Shown in pieces: positions 26,276 to 34,529 of a DNA stretch of 53,770 nucleotides (position 1 is its first letter; every line of letters starts with the position of its first letter). The notes under the pieces were generated by a model, which ran no database searches, had not been told where the DNA came from, and saw only the letters and a list, made by a program, of their open reading frames with translations. The DNA comes from an uncultured Thermotogae bacterium (GTDB taxonomy: Bacteria; Bipolaricaulota; Bipolaricaulia; UBA7950; UBA9294): contig CAZMOL010000001.1 in NCBI GenBank assembly GCA_964568045.1, positions 2,044 through 55,813 on the forward strand, in the 5' to 3' direction. The translations under genes were made by a program, and so were the position numbers.

Positions 26276-29263
26276 ATGAACATCCATGGGAAGAGAACAT
26301 GTGCTCTTCGCCTAGTCCTGCTGCTTCTCGTCTTACTCACATCGACCATTGCGGGCCTCGGAGCAAACACCCCATCGATCTCGATCGGAATCAGCCTCGA
26401 TCTTCCCCAGATGCGAGGGCTACGCGGCACGGTAACGGCACACTGGGATGACTACTTGGCTCGTCTGGGAATTGCCAGTGACGCTAGCCATGTCCTGCCG
26501 CGCCTGTTCCTGGAATCAACAATGTGTCGTGGTCGCGTCAACCTTCGCGGACGCATCGAGGACCTCCTGACCTCACCTTCTCTCGCAGCGGGCTTCGACA
26601 TCTTGGGTGACAAGGCTAGTATCCACTTCAACACACGCTTCTCACTCGACTCCAGACAGCTGACTCTTGCTTCCCAATATGCTGACGTGATCCTTTCCCC
26701 GTTGCCGGATATGCAAGTAGGAGGCCGCCTGCATCTCGCTAACGCAGCGGTATCTCTGTCAGCCTTCCATGTAAGCGCGCAAACCTCAGTGGTCGACGTC
26801 GCCTACCGTGCTGAGTGGAATCAACTCCAGAACCTAAGCACTACCTACTCCGTTGAGATTCCCTCACTGAAACTGGGGCTGACGCAATCGATTCACGCGA
26901 CGAGAGCGGGCAGGGAGGTGATCACCTCCTGGTACCCCATCCTGCCGCCGGAGCTGGCACATTCGACGATATACGCAGACCTTCCCTCTGCTACTCAGCC
27001 GGCGATCGCCTTGCGCGAAAGCCGATCTGTAAAGCTTCGGGATTCGGAGTGCACAGTCTGTGGCGCAACAACTCCGCAGGCCGGCTCCGCAGACTATACC
27101 GTCGATTTTGGCGAGGTCATGGCCGGCGATACGGCATACACGGGCATTACCCTGAACTGCGATAGGCACGTCTTTTGCTGGCTGGATGAAGTGACCGTGT
27201 GGCCTCGTTCGCCGTTTGCGATTACCTATGCTCCGGTCGGTCTCATCATTCGGTTCGGAAGACAGCGTGACATCGAGCTTGACTTCGCACCAACGACAGC
27301 AGGCCGCTTCGACGGGACGATGACGATCCGATACTGCTTTGCAACCTGGCGTGACCGTGACGACGAGGTGTATGCCGATGAGATTGGAGCAGTCGAAGGG
27401 TACTACTCGTACCAATGTACTACGGTGACGCTTGCTCTCACTGGCGTTGCCCTGGCAAAACCGGAAGCGCGAGCGACGTACTCGCCAGACAAGCCAATCT
27501 GCGGGCAAGATGTGCAATTCGACGGCTCAGATTCCTTCGATCCGAACCCCGAAGGAGTGATCACGACCTACGAGTGGGATTTCGGAGACGGAACAACATC
27601 GTCGGAAGTGCGTCCCGTCCATCGCTACAATCGCTCGGGAACGTACCGCGTTCGACTCACCGTGTGGAACAACCGCGAAATGGTCTCCGATCCGTACGTG
27701 ATCGACGTCGATGTAGCACCGGATCTCGTCGAAGCAGCAGCGGTTGCCGGTGCCGCGGCCGCTGCGGGACTTGCCACGCACACCCTTGCGTTGGCTCCCC
27801 CGCTTCTTGCTGCTGCCGTGCCGGGATCTGTCCTCGCCGTCGCCTCAATCCTCCACGAACTCGGTTCTGTCAGATTTCCCATCGATCAGCTGATCCTGCG
27901 GTTCCCACGTTCCTGGGACCAAGCAGATGTCCAACAACTCATCGAACGAAACATACCGGGCGGCCGCGTCATTGGATACTTCTCGACGCTGCATACCTTC
28001 CTTATTCAACTGCCGGTCGAGGCCGACTCCGCCTCGCAAGCCGCCGCCGAGCTAGATGCGATCAGAGAACGTCTTGCCAAGGTTCTTCCGTACGGAGCGC
28101 AACTTAGTAAGAACTACGTCGGGCTCTTCGAGGGGCTTGTGCAGCCAGCATATTCAGGAAGCTCATGCGATCTCGAGTCTTTGGCTGCCGATCTTCGCTT
28201 GGCGTATGAAACCGTCCGGGCCCCGGAAGCCTGGCGGCGAATCAGCGATGTTGATGTGCGGCTCAAGCCGGTACGGATCGCCGTTATCGACTCGGGAATC
28301 TACGCCGATCATGAGGAGTTCGTCATTCCGCTTCGAGGCCGCAGTTACGTCATAGAGGAGGATGGGGCGCTCCAGCCATGGTACGAAGACAGCGGCGGTC
28401 ACGGAACGCAGGTCAGCGGGATCATTGGTGCAGAGAACGGCAAAGGACGAATGAACGGGATGCTTTCAGGCACTGCCGGTCACTACGAGATGCAGGTCTA
28501 TCGAGTGATCGGCGATATGTTCTCGGTGTGGGATTGCTTCCGCATTGCTGTCAGTTCGGCGGAAGACGAACTGGATGCGTGGAAAACCGCCGTGGAAACC
28601 GGAGCACGCCGCAAGTCGGTTGTCGTAAACATCAGCCTCGGTTGGGACCTTGACACGTTCCCAGACAACGAAAGAGTCCTCGCAAGGAACACGTTCCTCG
28701 ACCTGTTCGAGAGCTGTCCGAAGACACTGTTCGTGACGTCAGCAGGAAACGGCGATATGCCGGAAGACCTCTCGCGCAGCATCGGCAAGCAGATTGCAAT
28801 CGGCGGCAACCTTCATGCTCCCGGGGGAATCGCGGCCACCAACAACCTGACCGTCGCGGCCACTAACTCGGCGGGGAGCGAGCTGGTATCTTGGTCCAAC
28901 TACGGGTCCGCCGTCGATATCGCCGCGCCGGGGAAGGATGTCTACACGACCGATTGTGACGGAAGCTACGTATGGCGTGTCGAGGGGACTTCGTATGCTG
29001 CCGCCATGGTCTCGGGGGTAGCGGCAGCCGTCCTCGCCATCGATCCTAGGCTTTCACCCGCGGAAGTAAAGGACATACTGACCGGTTCGCCGACGCGCGT
29101 TTCGGCCCCGGACGGAAGGATGATTCCCGTGCTCGACTTTGCCGACGCGGTGCGTCGAGCAATAGAGAGTCGCCAGGAGCGGAATCGAAAAACTCTCTGG
29201 TGGTCAGCAGGTGCGGGACTCGGCATTCTCGCGTTGGGGCTCCTCGTACTTCGCCCATTTTAG
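26276..29263 (+). CDS. membrane-anchored PKD-domain subtilisin-like (S8) serine protease
   Basis: Signal peptide; PKD motif YEWDFGDGTTS...HRYNRSGTYRVRLTVWN; internal Ala-rich hydrophobic stretch. S8 triad contexts IAVIDSGI (Asp), GHGTQVSGIIGA (His) and GTSYAAAMVSGVAA (Ser). C-terminal TM segment. Confidence 0.85.
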   Translation: MNIHGKRTCALRLVLLLLVLLTSTIAGLGANTPSISIGISLDLPQMRGLRGTVTAHWDDYLARLGIASDASHVLPRLFLESTMCRGRVNLRGRIEDLLTSPSLAAGFDILGDKASIHFNTRFSLDSRQLTLASQYADVILSPLPDMQVGGRLHLANAAVSLSAFHVSAQTSVVDVAYRAEWNQLQNLSTTYSVEIPSLKLGLTQSIHATRAGREVITSWYPILPPELAHSTIYADLPSATQPAIALRESRSVKLRDSECTVCGATTPQAGSADYTVDFGEVMAGDTAYTGITLNCDRHVFCWLDEVTVWPRSPFAITYAPVGLIIRFGRQRDIELDFAPTTAGRFDGTMTIRYCFATWRDRDDEVYADEIGAVEGYYSYQCTTVTLALTGVALAKPEARATYSPDKPICGQDVQFDGSDSFDPNPEGVITTYEWDFGDGTTSSEVRPVHRYNRSGTYRVRLTVWNNREMVSDPYVIDVDVAPDLVEAAAVAGAAAAAGLATHTLALAPPLLAAAVPGSVLAVASILHELGSVRFPIDQLILRFPRSWDQADVQQLIERNIPGGRVIGYFSTLHTFLIQLPVEADSASQAAAELDAIRERLAKVLPYGAQLSKNYVGLFEGLVQPAYSGSSCDLESLAADLRLAYETVRAPEAWRRISDVDVRLKPVRIAVIDSGIYADHEEFVIPLRGRSYVIEEDGALQPWYEDSGGHGTQVSGIIGAENGKGRMNGMLSGTAGHYEMQVYRVIGDMFSVWDCFRIAVSSAEDELDAWKTAVETGARRKSVVVNISLGWDLDTFPDNERVLARNTFLDLFESCPKTLFVTSAGNGDMPEDLSRSIGKQIAIGGNLHAPGGIAATNNLTVAATNSAGSELVSWSNYGSAVDIAAPGKDVYTTDCDGSYVWRVEGTSYAAAMVSGVAAAVLAIDPRLSPAEVKDILTGSPTRVSAPDGRMIPVLDFADAVRRAIESRQERNRKTLWWSAGAGLGILALGLLVLRPF

Positions 29264-29420
29264 AGTGATTTCGGTGGAAATTGAGGGGTATCTCTGAAAG
29301 CGCGTGCCGTTTCTGATGGGTGTCTCTCGATTTAACTTCAAGGTAGCCTTTTTGCCATCCTGCATTTGAATCCGGTATGGCGAAGACATCTCTTCTTCAA
29401 GGCGCTTCAACTTCTTGACT

Positions 29421-29547
29421 ACCTAGCCTCGTGCACAACGTGGTGACCGTGTGTTTCGAAGAGTAAGGGGTTCTGGACTGAGGTGGCTAGAATGAGATAG
29501 CACCAAGAATGAAGACCTGACCACCGCAGAGACCCGAACTGCTCCCT
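29421..29547 (+). repeat. island repeat, copy B
   Basis: agcctcgtgcacaacgtggtgaccgtgtgtttcgaagagtaaggggttctggactgaggtggc matches copy A at about 80% over the 35-nt core by hand count. A tail shared with copies D and E follows. Confidence 0.7.
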
Positions 29548-29988
29548 TTATCTACTCAGGTCGAAGTCGAACCGCGCTCCCGCGGCCGGGCCGATGCCGG
29601 TCGGGCTGACGTCCGGGGAGATGGTAACCCCGAGCTCTCCGAAGGCCGTGAACGGCGTGTCGCCGATCGGAACCTCTATCCCCACCAGGGCGAAGAAGGC
29701 GTGCGCGACGATGTCACCAGGAAGAAAGGCGAGCCCCACCCCCAGCCCGGCGAGCGACCGAAGCGTCAACGGACCGAGTTCCAATTGCCCAGGATAAACC
29801 TTGGCGGAAGCCACGAGCGGCCCGGCACCGGACAGGCCGACCTCCACTGCGAACCTCTGAAACAGTGTGAGTTGAACGGACACCGCGGTCGGTACTCTCC
29901 CCACGATCCCAAGCTCCAGCACTTGGGCCGCAACCCCCACCGCGACGATCCCAATCAGTGCGATGGCTACCACAACGTGCCTGCGCAT
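29548..29988 (-). CDS. hypothetical secreted Gly/Ala/Val-rich protein (beta-rich)
   Basis: 146 aa with N-terminal signal-like MRRHVVVAIALIGIVAVGVAA and alternating hydrophobic pattern. Flanked by repeat copies B and C. A truncated paralogue lies at 19083..19180. Confidence 0.55.
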   Translation of the reverse strand: MRRHVVVAIALIGIVAVGVAAQVLELGIVGRVPTAVSVQLTLFQRFAVEVGLSGAGPLVASAKVYPGQLELGPLTLRSLAGLGVGLAFLPGDIVAHAFFALVGIEVPIGDTPFTAFGELGVTISPDVSPTGIGPAAGARFDFDLSR

Positions 29989-30123
29989 GACGTTTCCCTC
30001 CCTTTATCGTGCCTGTCTCGTGTCCCTTCAGCAAGGCATGTCTTTCCTTGTTTGAATCAAGCGCGACATCATGATACATGGAGTTTATCCACGAAGAAGA
30101 CCGAGGGCGAAGAAACCTGACTG

Positions 30124-30235
30124 CCCCAGGCTCGTGGGGCTTGTCCACAACGTGGGGAGCGTGTGTGTCATGGAGGAAGAGACTCTGGGCTGAGGCTCTT
30201 ACCAGCTTGGTTGGCTACAAGAAAGACGGCGCCCT
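30124..30235 (+). repeat. island repeat, copy C
   Basis: ccccaggctcgtggggcttgtccacaacgtggggagcgtgtgtgtcatggaggaagagactctgggctgaggctc, same orientation as A and B. Confidence 0.7.
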
Positions 30236-30290
30236 GCTGTTGTGATGCGAGGCTTGACGGGACACGGTAGAAGGGTCCCCAATGTTCTAC

Positions 30291-30620
30291 TTAGATGGAC
30301 GGATTGTGACTACGGATGAATCTGAGAGCCGACTGTAGGCCACCTCTGATTCTTGCTTGCATATCTGCTTCTGGATGCCACGCTCCGTGCTTGTGGATGA
30401 GAAGGTTTCTCGTCTTCCGGAAGGAGTGTAATTCACCCCTTTCTTGATCCGAAATTGTGCCTAGTACCCATGCCATGTCTATCAGATTGAATAGACTCAA
30501 CAGAGGATGTGGCCGGTCGCCTTCAGTACTTAGGTCATCGATCTTACGCCTACGCAGCATTCGCTCGTCTTGTTGAGGTGGTTGGCCAACGATCAGATCA
30601 ACTAGGACTCGTTCTACCAA
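30291..30620 (-). CDS. small HEPN-like protein (RNxxxH motif); true start may be upstream (to 30752)
   Basis: FRKTRNLLIHKHG; R-N-L-L-I-H is encoded at 30393..30410. It is predicted all-alpha by composition. It lies immediately downstream of the channel gene, with AAGGAGG at 30759..30765. TTG 30620 is the first canonical start, but the frame stays open back to 30764. Confidence 0.6.
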   Translation of the reverse strand: MVERVLVDLIVGQPPQQDERMLRRRKIDDLSTEGDRPHPLLSLFNLIDMAWVLGTISDQERGELHSFRKTRNLLIHKHGAWHPEADMQARIRGGLQSALRFIRSHNPSI

Positions 30621-30781
30621 GACCTGAGCATGAGCCGCTCCTTCTATATACTTCTTCTCTTTTAGAGCCTTTTCGATTGTCGATCTTGACCAATATCTGA
30701 TTACTCCAACTTTTTCTTGAGCCTGGCCTTCATCACAGATGTGCTTTGATATAACAGGCCTCCTTTAAGAGCCAGTGTGGA

Positions 30782-32458
30782 TCACCGCATGAACTTGCGG
30801 CTGATGACAAGGACCGTCAAGGCCATCATAATCCCGCCGAGGACCGCTTCTGTAGCGGTTAATGCACTTCCCAATCCAGGCATGGGGCGGATGTCTCCGT
30901 AGCCCAACGTTGTGAACGTGATTATGCTGAAGTAAAGCGCCCGACCGAAGCTAAATGGGTATTCCAATCCTGGAGAAAAAACATCGAAAAGTTGTACGCC
31001 ACGCAAGATGAGCAGATAGTAGATGCTTGTGAAGCTTCCAATTAAAACAGCCCAAGTCGTGAAAAGCCGGGAGAGACTAGCTCCGTAGGCTGTGGGCCAT
31101 CTAAGGAAGAGACAGTCGGGAAGCCACTGGAAAAGGAGCGCGAGGAGCCTAAGTAGAAGATTGTAGTAATTATTCCTATGCCACCACTTTCCTTTCAAGG
31201 GAATTCTTAGTGGGGATAGCCGTGAAAGGCGTTCGAAGTAGTACGCTGCATCGGCAGCGGTTGTTTTCCCTTGATTTGCGAATGCTCTTTGGGCAAAGTG
31301 CCAGAACTGGTAACGGGTGGGAATATCGCATAAGGATATGCCGGTTCGATCTCGACGGCAGAACAGAATAGTAGGTTTCGCTTCACCAAGCTCCAAACCC
31401 GCAGCCTCGCATGAAGAGAATAAAGTGCTGTCTTTGAATGTTGCCTTTTCAAAAGAAATGGATCTCCTAAAAATCGCTGTGTGGAAGTGAGCCTTTTCAT
31501 CTATGGTGGCATGAGAAAACGAGGTAAACCCGTCAATCGTTGCTTCATAGAAGGATATCTGTCCGAGTATCCTGGTCCTGAGAAACCAAGCACTTCCATC
31601 GATGTGGGAGCCACTGAAGGAGATTTTTTTCTTGACGAGCGCATCCACAAAACTCACACCTCTCCCCGTCCTGGCTGCATCCAAGATCACGTCTCCTTCG
31701 ATTGTTGCTCCAGAGAAGGAAGTCTCCTCTTTGATAATGGCGCTGTGAAGTGAAACGCGGCCACCTAGTATTGCCTCGTCTAGATGTAAGGATTCTCCGA
31801 TTGTAGCACTCGAAAAAGTGGCATCCCCGAGGATCTTGGCTCCAGAACACGTAACGCTTCGTCCAACATCCGCGCGACTGCATGAGAGGTCCCCGGATAT
31901 TTTCGCATTAGTCAGAGAGATACTCCTACCGATCGAGCTCTCAGAAAAATCAGCATCTTTGCCTATCGTAGCTTCATCAAAGGAAACGGATCCCTCAATA
32001 TGTGACCGAAAGACCCAAGCAGTCTTTTCAACACTTATTTTCTGGAAGAATGCATAGCCATTGATTTTGGCAAATGAAAGGTGCAGTTCGCCCCTAATCA
32101 TGGCCCCAGAGCACTCGAGATGGCCTTTCACTTCAATTCCCCGCAGATTGGTTCCTTCAGGGACTTTTGCCTCAGCGAGGGTAAGCTCTTGATCGATCAC
32201 TGCGGGGAGGCAGAAGCGATCAGACACTGTCGGGCTACCACCAACCTCCATGCCAATTGGGAAAGAGTATCCCCTGAAATTGTATTTCTGATTCCCGGCA
32301 TGATAGCGCCCATCTTCATTTATTTGCTCGTATAATCTCTCCTTAAACTTATCGATATCTTTTTGTCCAAGCGCGTGAAAGATACAGTACTTCGATCCAG
32401 GCTCTGCAGGTACTCCACAGCGGTAATTGAGATCAAGTTCACTGCGCCACTCGCACAT
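30782..32458 (-). CDS. beta-helix (pentapeptide-like repeat) protein fused to a 2-TM K+ channel pore
   Basis: 558 aa. N-terminal C2-x11-C14-x10-C25-x2-H28; about 270 aa of roughly 20-residue repeats (ATIGKDADF / AKISGDLSC / AKILGDATF / ATIEGDVIL ...). The C-terminal pore FSIITFTTLGYGD has TTLGYGD at 30893..30913. RBS GGAAGGAGGG. Visibly lower G+C. Confidence 0.85.
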   Translation of the reverse strand: MCEWRSELDLNYRCGVPAEPGSKYCIFHALGQKDIDKFKERLYEQINEDGRYHAGNQKYNFRGYSFPIGMEVGGSPTVSDRFCLPAVIDQELTLAEAKVPEGTNLRGIEVKGHLECSGAMIRGELHLSFAKINGYAFFQKISVEKTAWVFRSHIEGSVSFDEATIGKDADFSESSIGRSISLTNAKISGDLSCSRADVGRSVTCSGAKILGDATFSSATIGESLHLDEAILGGRVSLHSAIIKEETSFSGATIEGDVILDAARTGRGVSFVDALVKKKISFSGSHIDGSAWFLRTRILGQISFYEATIDGFTSFSHATIDEKAHFHTAIFRRSISFEKATFKDSTLFSSCEAAGLELGEAKPTILFCRRDRTGISLCDIPTRYQFWHFAQRAFANQGKTTAADAAYYFERLSRLSPLRIPLKGKWWHRNNYYNLLLRLLALLFQWLPDCLFLRWPTAYGASLSRLFTTWAVLIGSFTSIYYLLILRGVQLFDVFSPGLEYPFSFGRALYFSIITFTTLGYGDIRPMPGLGSALTATEAVLGGIMMALTVLVISRKFMR

Positions 32459-32905
32459 GGTCCGAAGCCCTCCTTCCTTCTATTCATAGACTGTCTTGTC
32501 CAAGGGTAGTCATCTCGTAAGTCCTAACATCTGCGGTGGTATCGTGTCAAGTTGTCTGTTCGTAAATCCCAGTGACACAATCTCTATTTCCAACCGGACC
32601 AGCCTGTTGAATGCCTTACTCCAGCAACTTCAACCTCCCAAGTGACCTTTCAGAACGTTGTCCCGCACGCTGACAGCCACACGCTGGTCGAGGCGGAGGC
32701 GCTGGTGCCGGTGGCTTCAAGTGTTACTTCGACGGTGACCGCTCCGCCACTGGGGCAGTAGAGGCTGTAGCTCCTGGTCCGGGTCAGTGTTAGGACAAAT
32801 ACGTACGAAACAAGACCCTCTACTCCTCCTAAACTCCTCAAACGCCAGAACGGTCTGGTTGCCAGACTCCGGGCAGCGTGTAAGATGTAGTCAAGGAGGT
32901 GGAGG

Positions 32906-33343
32906 ATGGATAGAACACTTACGGGATGGCATGGAGTGGTGTTGGCATTGATGGTATTGGCAGTGGTTGGGTCTTGTGCGGTCGCCGCCGCAGAATCCGG
33001 CCGCTTCTACTCGGTGGTGTATGACTCTTCCGGCAGCCGGGATACTGGGGTTGTCGTCACAAATGCGAGCGACAGAGATACTTCCTATACCCTAGAGCTG
33101 TATGATTCCTTGGGGAGTTCCCTCGTTGCGGTGACCGAGTCGCTTGCCCCTTTTGCGTCCAACTGGCACGACTTGACTGAGACGATTGGCGAACTGGGCG
33201 AAGGTGTCGATTGGTCCCTTGCGTGGGGCCTGTGCATCGTGCGGCCGCTGATCTATGCCACGGATCTCCTGATCGTCTCAGTGGAGGTGTACGTGGAGAA
33301 GAATCTGGTAAGCGTGTACCAGGTTGAGGCCTCCCACTACTGA
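32906..33343 (+). CDS. hypothetical secreted protein
   Basis: 145 aa with a signal-peptide-like N-terminus (VVLALMVLAVVGSCAVAAAES). RBS AGGAGGTGGAGG. No family recognised. Confidence 0.5.
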   Translation: MDRTLTGWHGVVLALMVLAVVGSCAVAAAESGRFYSVVYDSSGSRDTGVVVTNASDRDTSYTLELYDSLGSSLVAVTESLAPFASNWHDLTETIGELGEGVDWSLAWGLCIVRPLIYATDLLIVSVEVYVEKNLVSVYQVEASHY

Positions 33344-33453
33344 ATGCTTCCTTGAGAGTCATAGTGTCTTCGCGCTTGTCGCGAGGAAACTACATCGGAT
33401 AAGACGTCCGGATGAGACCGGGACTGCTTGGTCCTTTGGCCGCTCAGCTGCTC

Positions 33454-33651
33454 TCAAGGAGCGGCATCGTATAGCCGGAGGAATTCGTGAGGCAGCTCCT
33501 GTGGCCACAGCTCCAGATTCCACAACAACCTGTTGAGTGACGTCTCATCGTCAGGATCGGGCGTATCAAACCCCCAGACTTCCGAGTGTGGCTCAAGGAC
33601 GGCTTCTCCGGAAGCGTAGAACGCGATGGTGACAGGTTCTTCAGCGGGCAC
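33454..33651 (-). CDS. hypothetical small acidic protein
   Basis: 65 aa, GTG start preceded by GGGAGTGG, same strand and 77 nt downstream of the TIGR04076-like gene. No family recognised. Confidence 0.3.
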   Translation of the reverse strand: MPAEEPVTIAFYASGEAVLEPHSEVWGFDTPDPDDETSLNRLLWNLELWPQELPHEFLRLYDAAP

Positions 33652-33728
33652 CAGTCTACCACTCCCGGATCCGCGTATCTCTCTCCCGCTCGTCTGGAAG
33701 CACGATGCGATGTTTCGTATCCCCGTTT

Positions 33729-34049
33729 TTATTTAGCGATCCTCTCCACAAGGAACGACACGGGCCGGAACCCGTCGCTGCAGCACGTTAGCGCCATTCC
33801 CTCCTTGGCCATCCACGGCGGGTTTGCACCGAACATGATCATTGCGACGTCGCGCTGGATGTCGGCCCACGCCCAGTCGCACGGAAAATCCTTGGGCCTC
33901 TCCGGCCAGTCCTCGATGGCGAACTCCTGGCCTTCCGTCCACAGGGAACATGCGCCAAAGCCTTCCGGATAGCGATCCTGCTTGATGTAGTTGTCGATCA
34001 GGTCTTGGTGTAGTGCCCGCTTCACAACCGTGATCTTGACCTTTGGCAT
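33729..34049 (-). CDS. TIGR04076 family protein
   Basis: MPKVKITVVKRALHQDL...FPCDWAWADIQRDV...CCSDGFRPVSFLVERI matches my recollection of this family. ATG 34049 is preceded by AAGGAGGAG. Confidence 0.75.
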   Translation of the reverse strand: MPKVKITVVKRALHQDLIDNYIKQDRYPEGFGACSLWTEGQEFAIEDWPERPKDFPCDWAWADIQRDVAMIMFGANPPWMAKEGMALTCCSDGFRPVSFLVERIAK

Positions 34050-34274
34050 GTCTTTCTCCTCCTTGCAACAGTTTTGGACAACGGCAGAATTGGACCTTCC
34101 ATTACCCCATTTGCACAAGGCGCTGGATAGGTCTTCGGAGGAGATGATAACCGTTTCTGGCCGTTTGTGTTAGGAAGGAGATCTCTTCAGTGCGCAGCAT
34201 TTCTCCAGTTGCTGCTCTACTTCATGAAGACAGGCGGCGTAGGACCATTTCCCCGATATTGTTGAAGGTCGGGG

Positions 34275-34529
34275 TTACTCTTCGATTTTCTCCACCGTGA
34301 TCGTGCACTCGGTCACCAGCGCTGCAATGGCCCCGATGGCGGCGAGGGTGGGCAAGAGCAGGGTGCCGACCACGCCAATGGAGAGTGGAATGTCGATAAG
34401 TGACGTGCCCTCTTTATTCTTGATGGTAATGCGCCGGATGTTGCCTTGATGCACTAGCTTCTTCACCGTGGCGACGAGCTTCTCTCCGCTGATCGCGAAT
34501 TCTTCGGTTCGGGTTTTCTCCTCGGACAT
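34275..34529 (-). CDS. DUF4342 domain protein
   Basis: 84 aa. FAISGEKLVATVKKLVHQGNIRRITIKNKEG...IDIPL followed by a hydrophobic C-terminal segment, as in DUF4342. Confidence 0.7.
   Translation of the reverse strand: MSEEKTRTEEFAISGEKLVATVKKLVHQGNIRRITIKNKEGTSLIDIPLSIGVVGTLLLPTLAAIGAIAALVTECTITVEKIEE

Noticed and set aside
18985-30235. Reading the island repeats as integron attC sites (a CALIN-type cassette array)
   Set aside because: I could not find the paired inverted core sites (RYYYAAC at the 5' end and a complementary GTTRRRY at the 3' end) or overall hairpin symmetry in copies A-C. Cassette genes are in mixed orientation and reach 4.5 kb. No intI is present in the window. This should still be tested with IntegronFinder.
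32650-32841. 63-aa minus-strand ORF with a Cys/Thr/Ser-rich tail (possible small secreted or RiPP-like peptide)
   Set aside because: It has a TTG start and no adjacent modification, transport or immunity genes. The composition is compatible with chance in this intergenic region. Evidence is insufficient.
33340-33456. TGA read-through or selenocysteine at the end of the 65-aa acidic ORF
   Set aside because: The 38 codons after the TGA are Arg/Ser/Gln-rich and not protein-like. I found no SECIS-like hairpin directly downstream.
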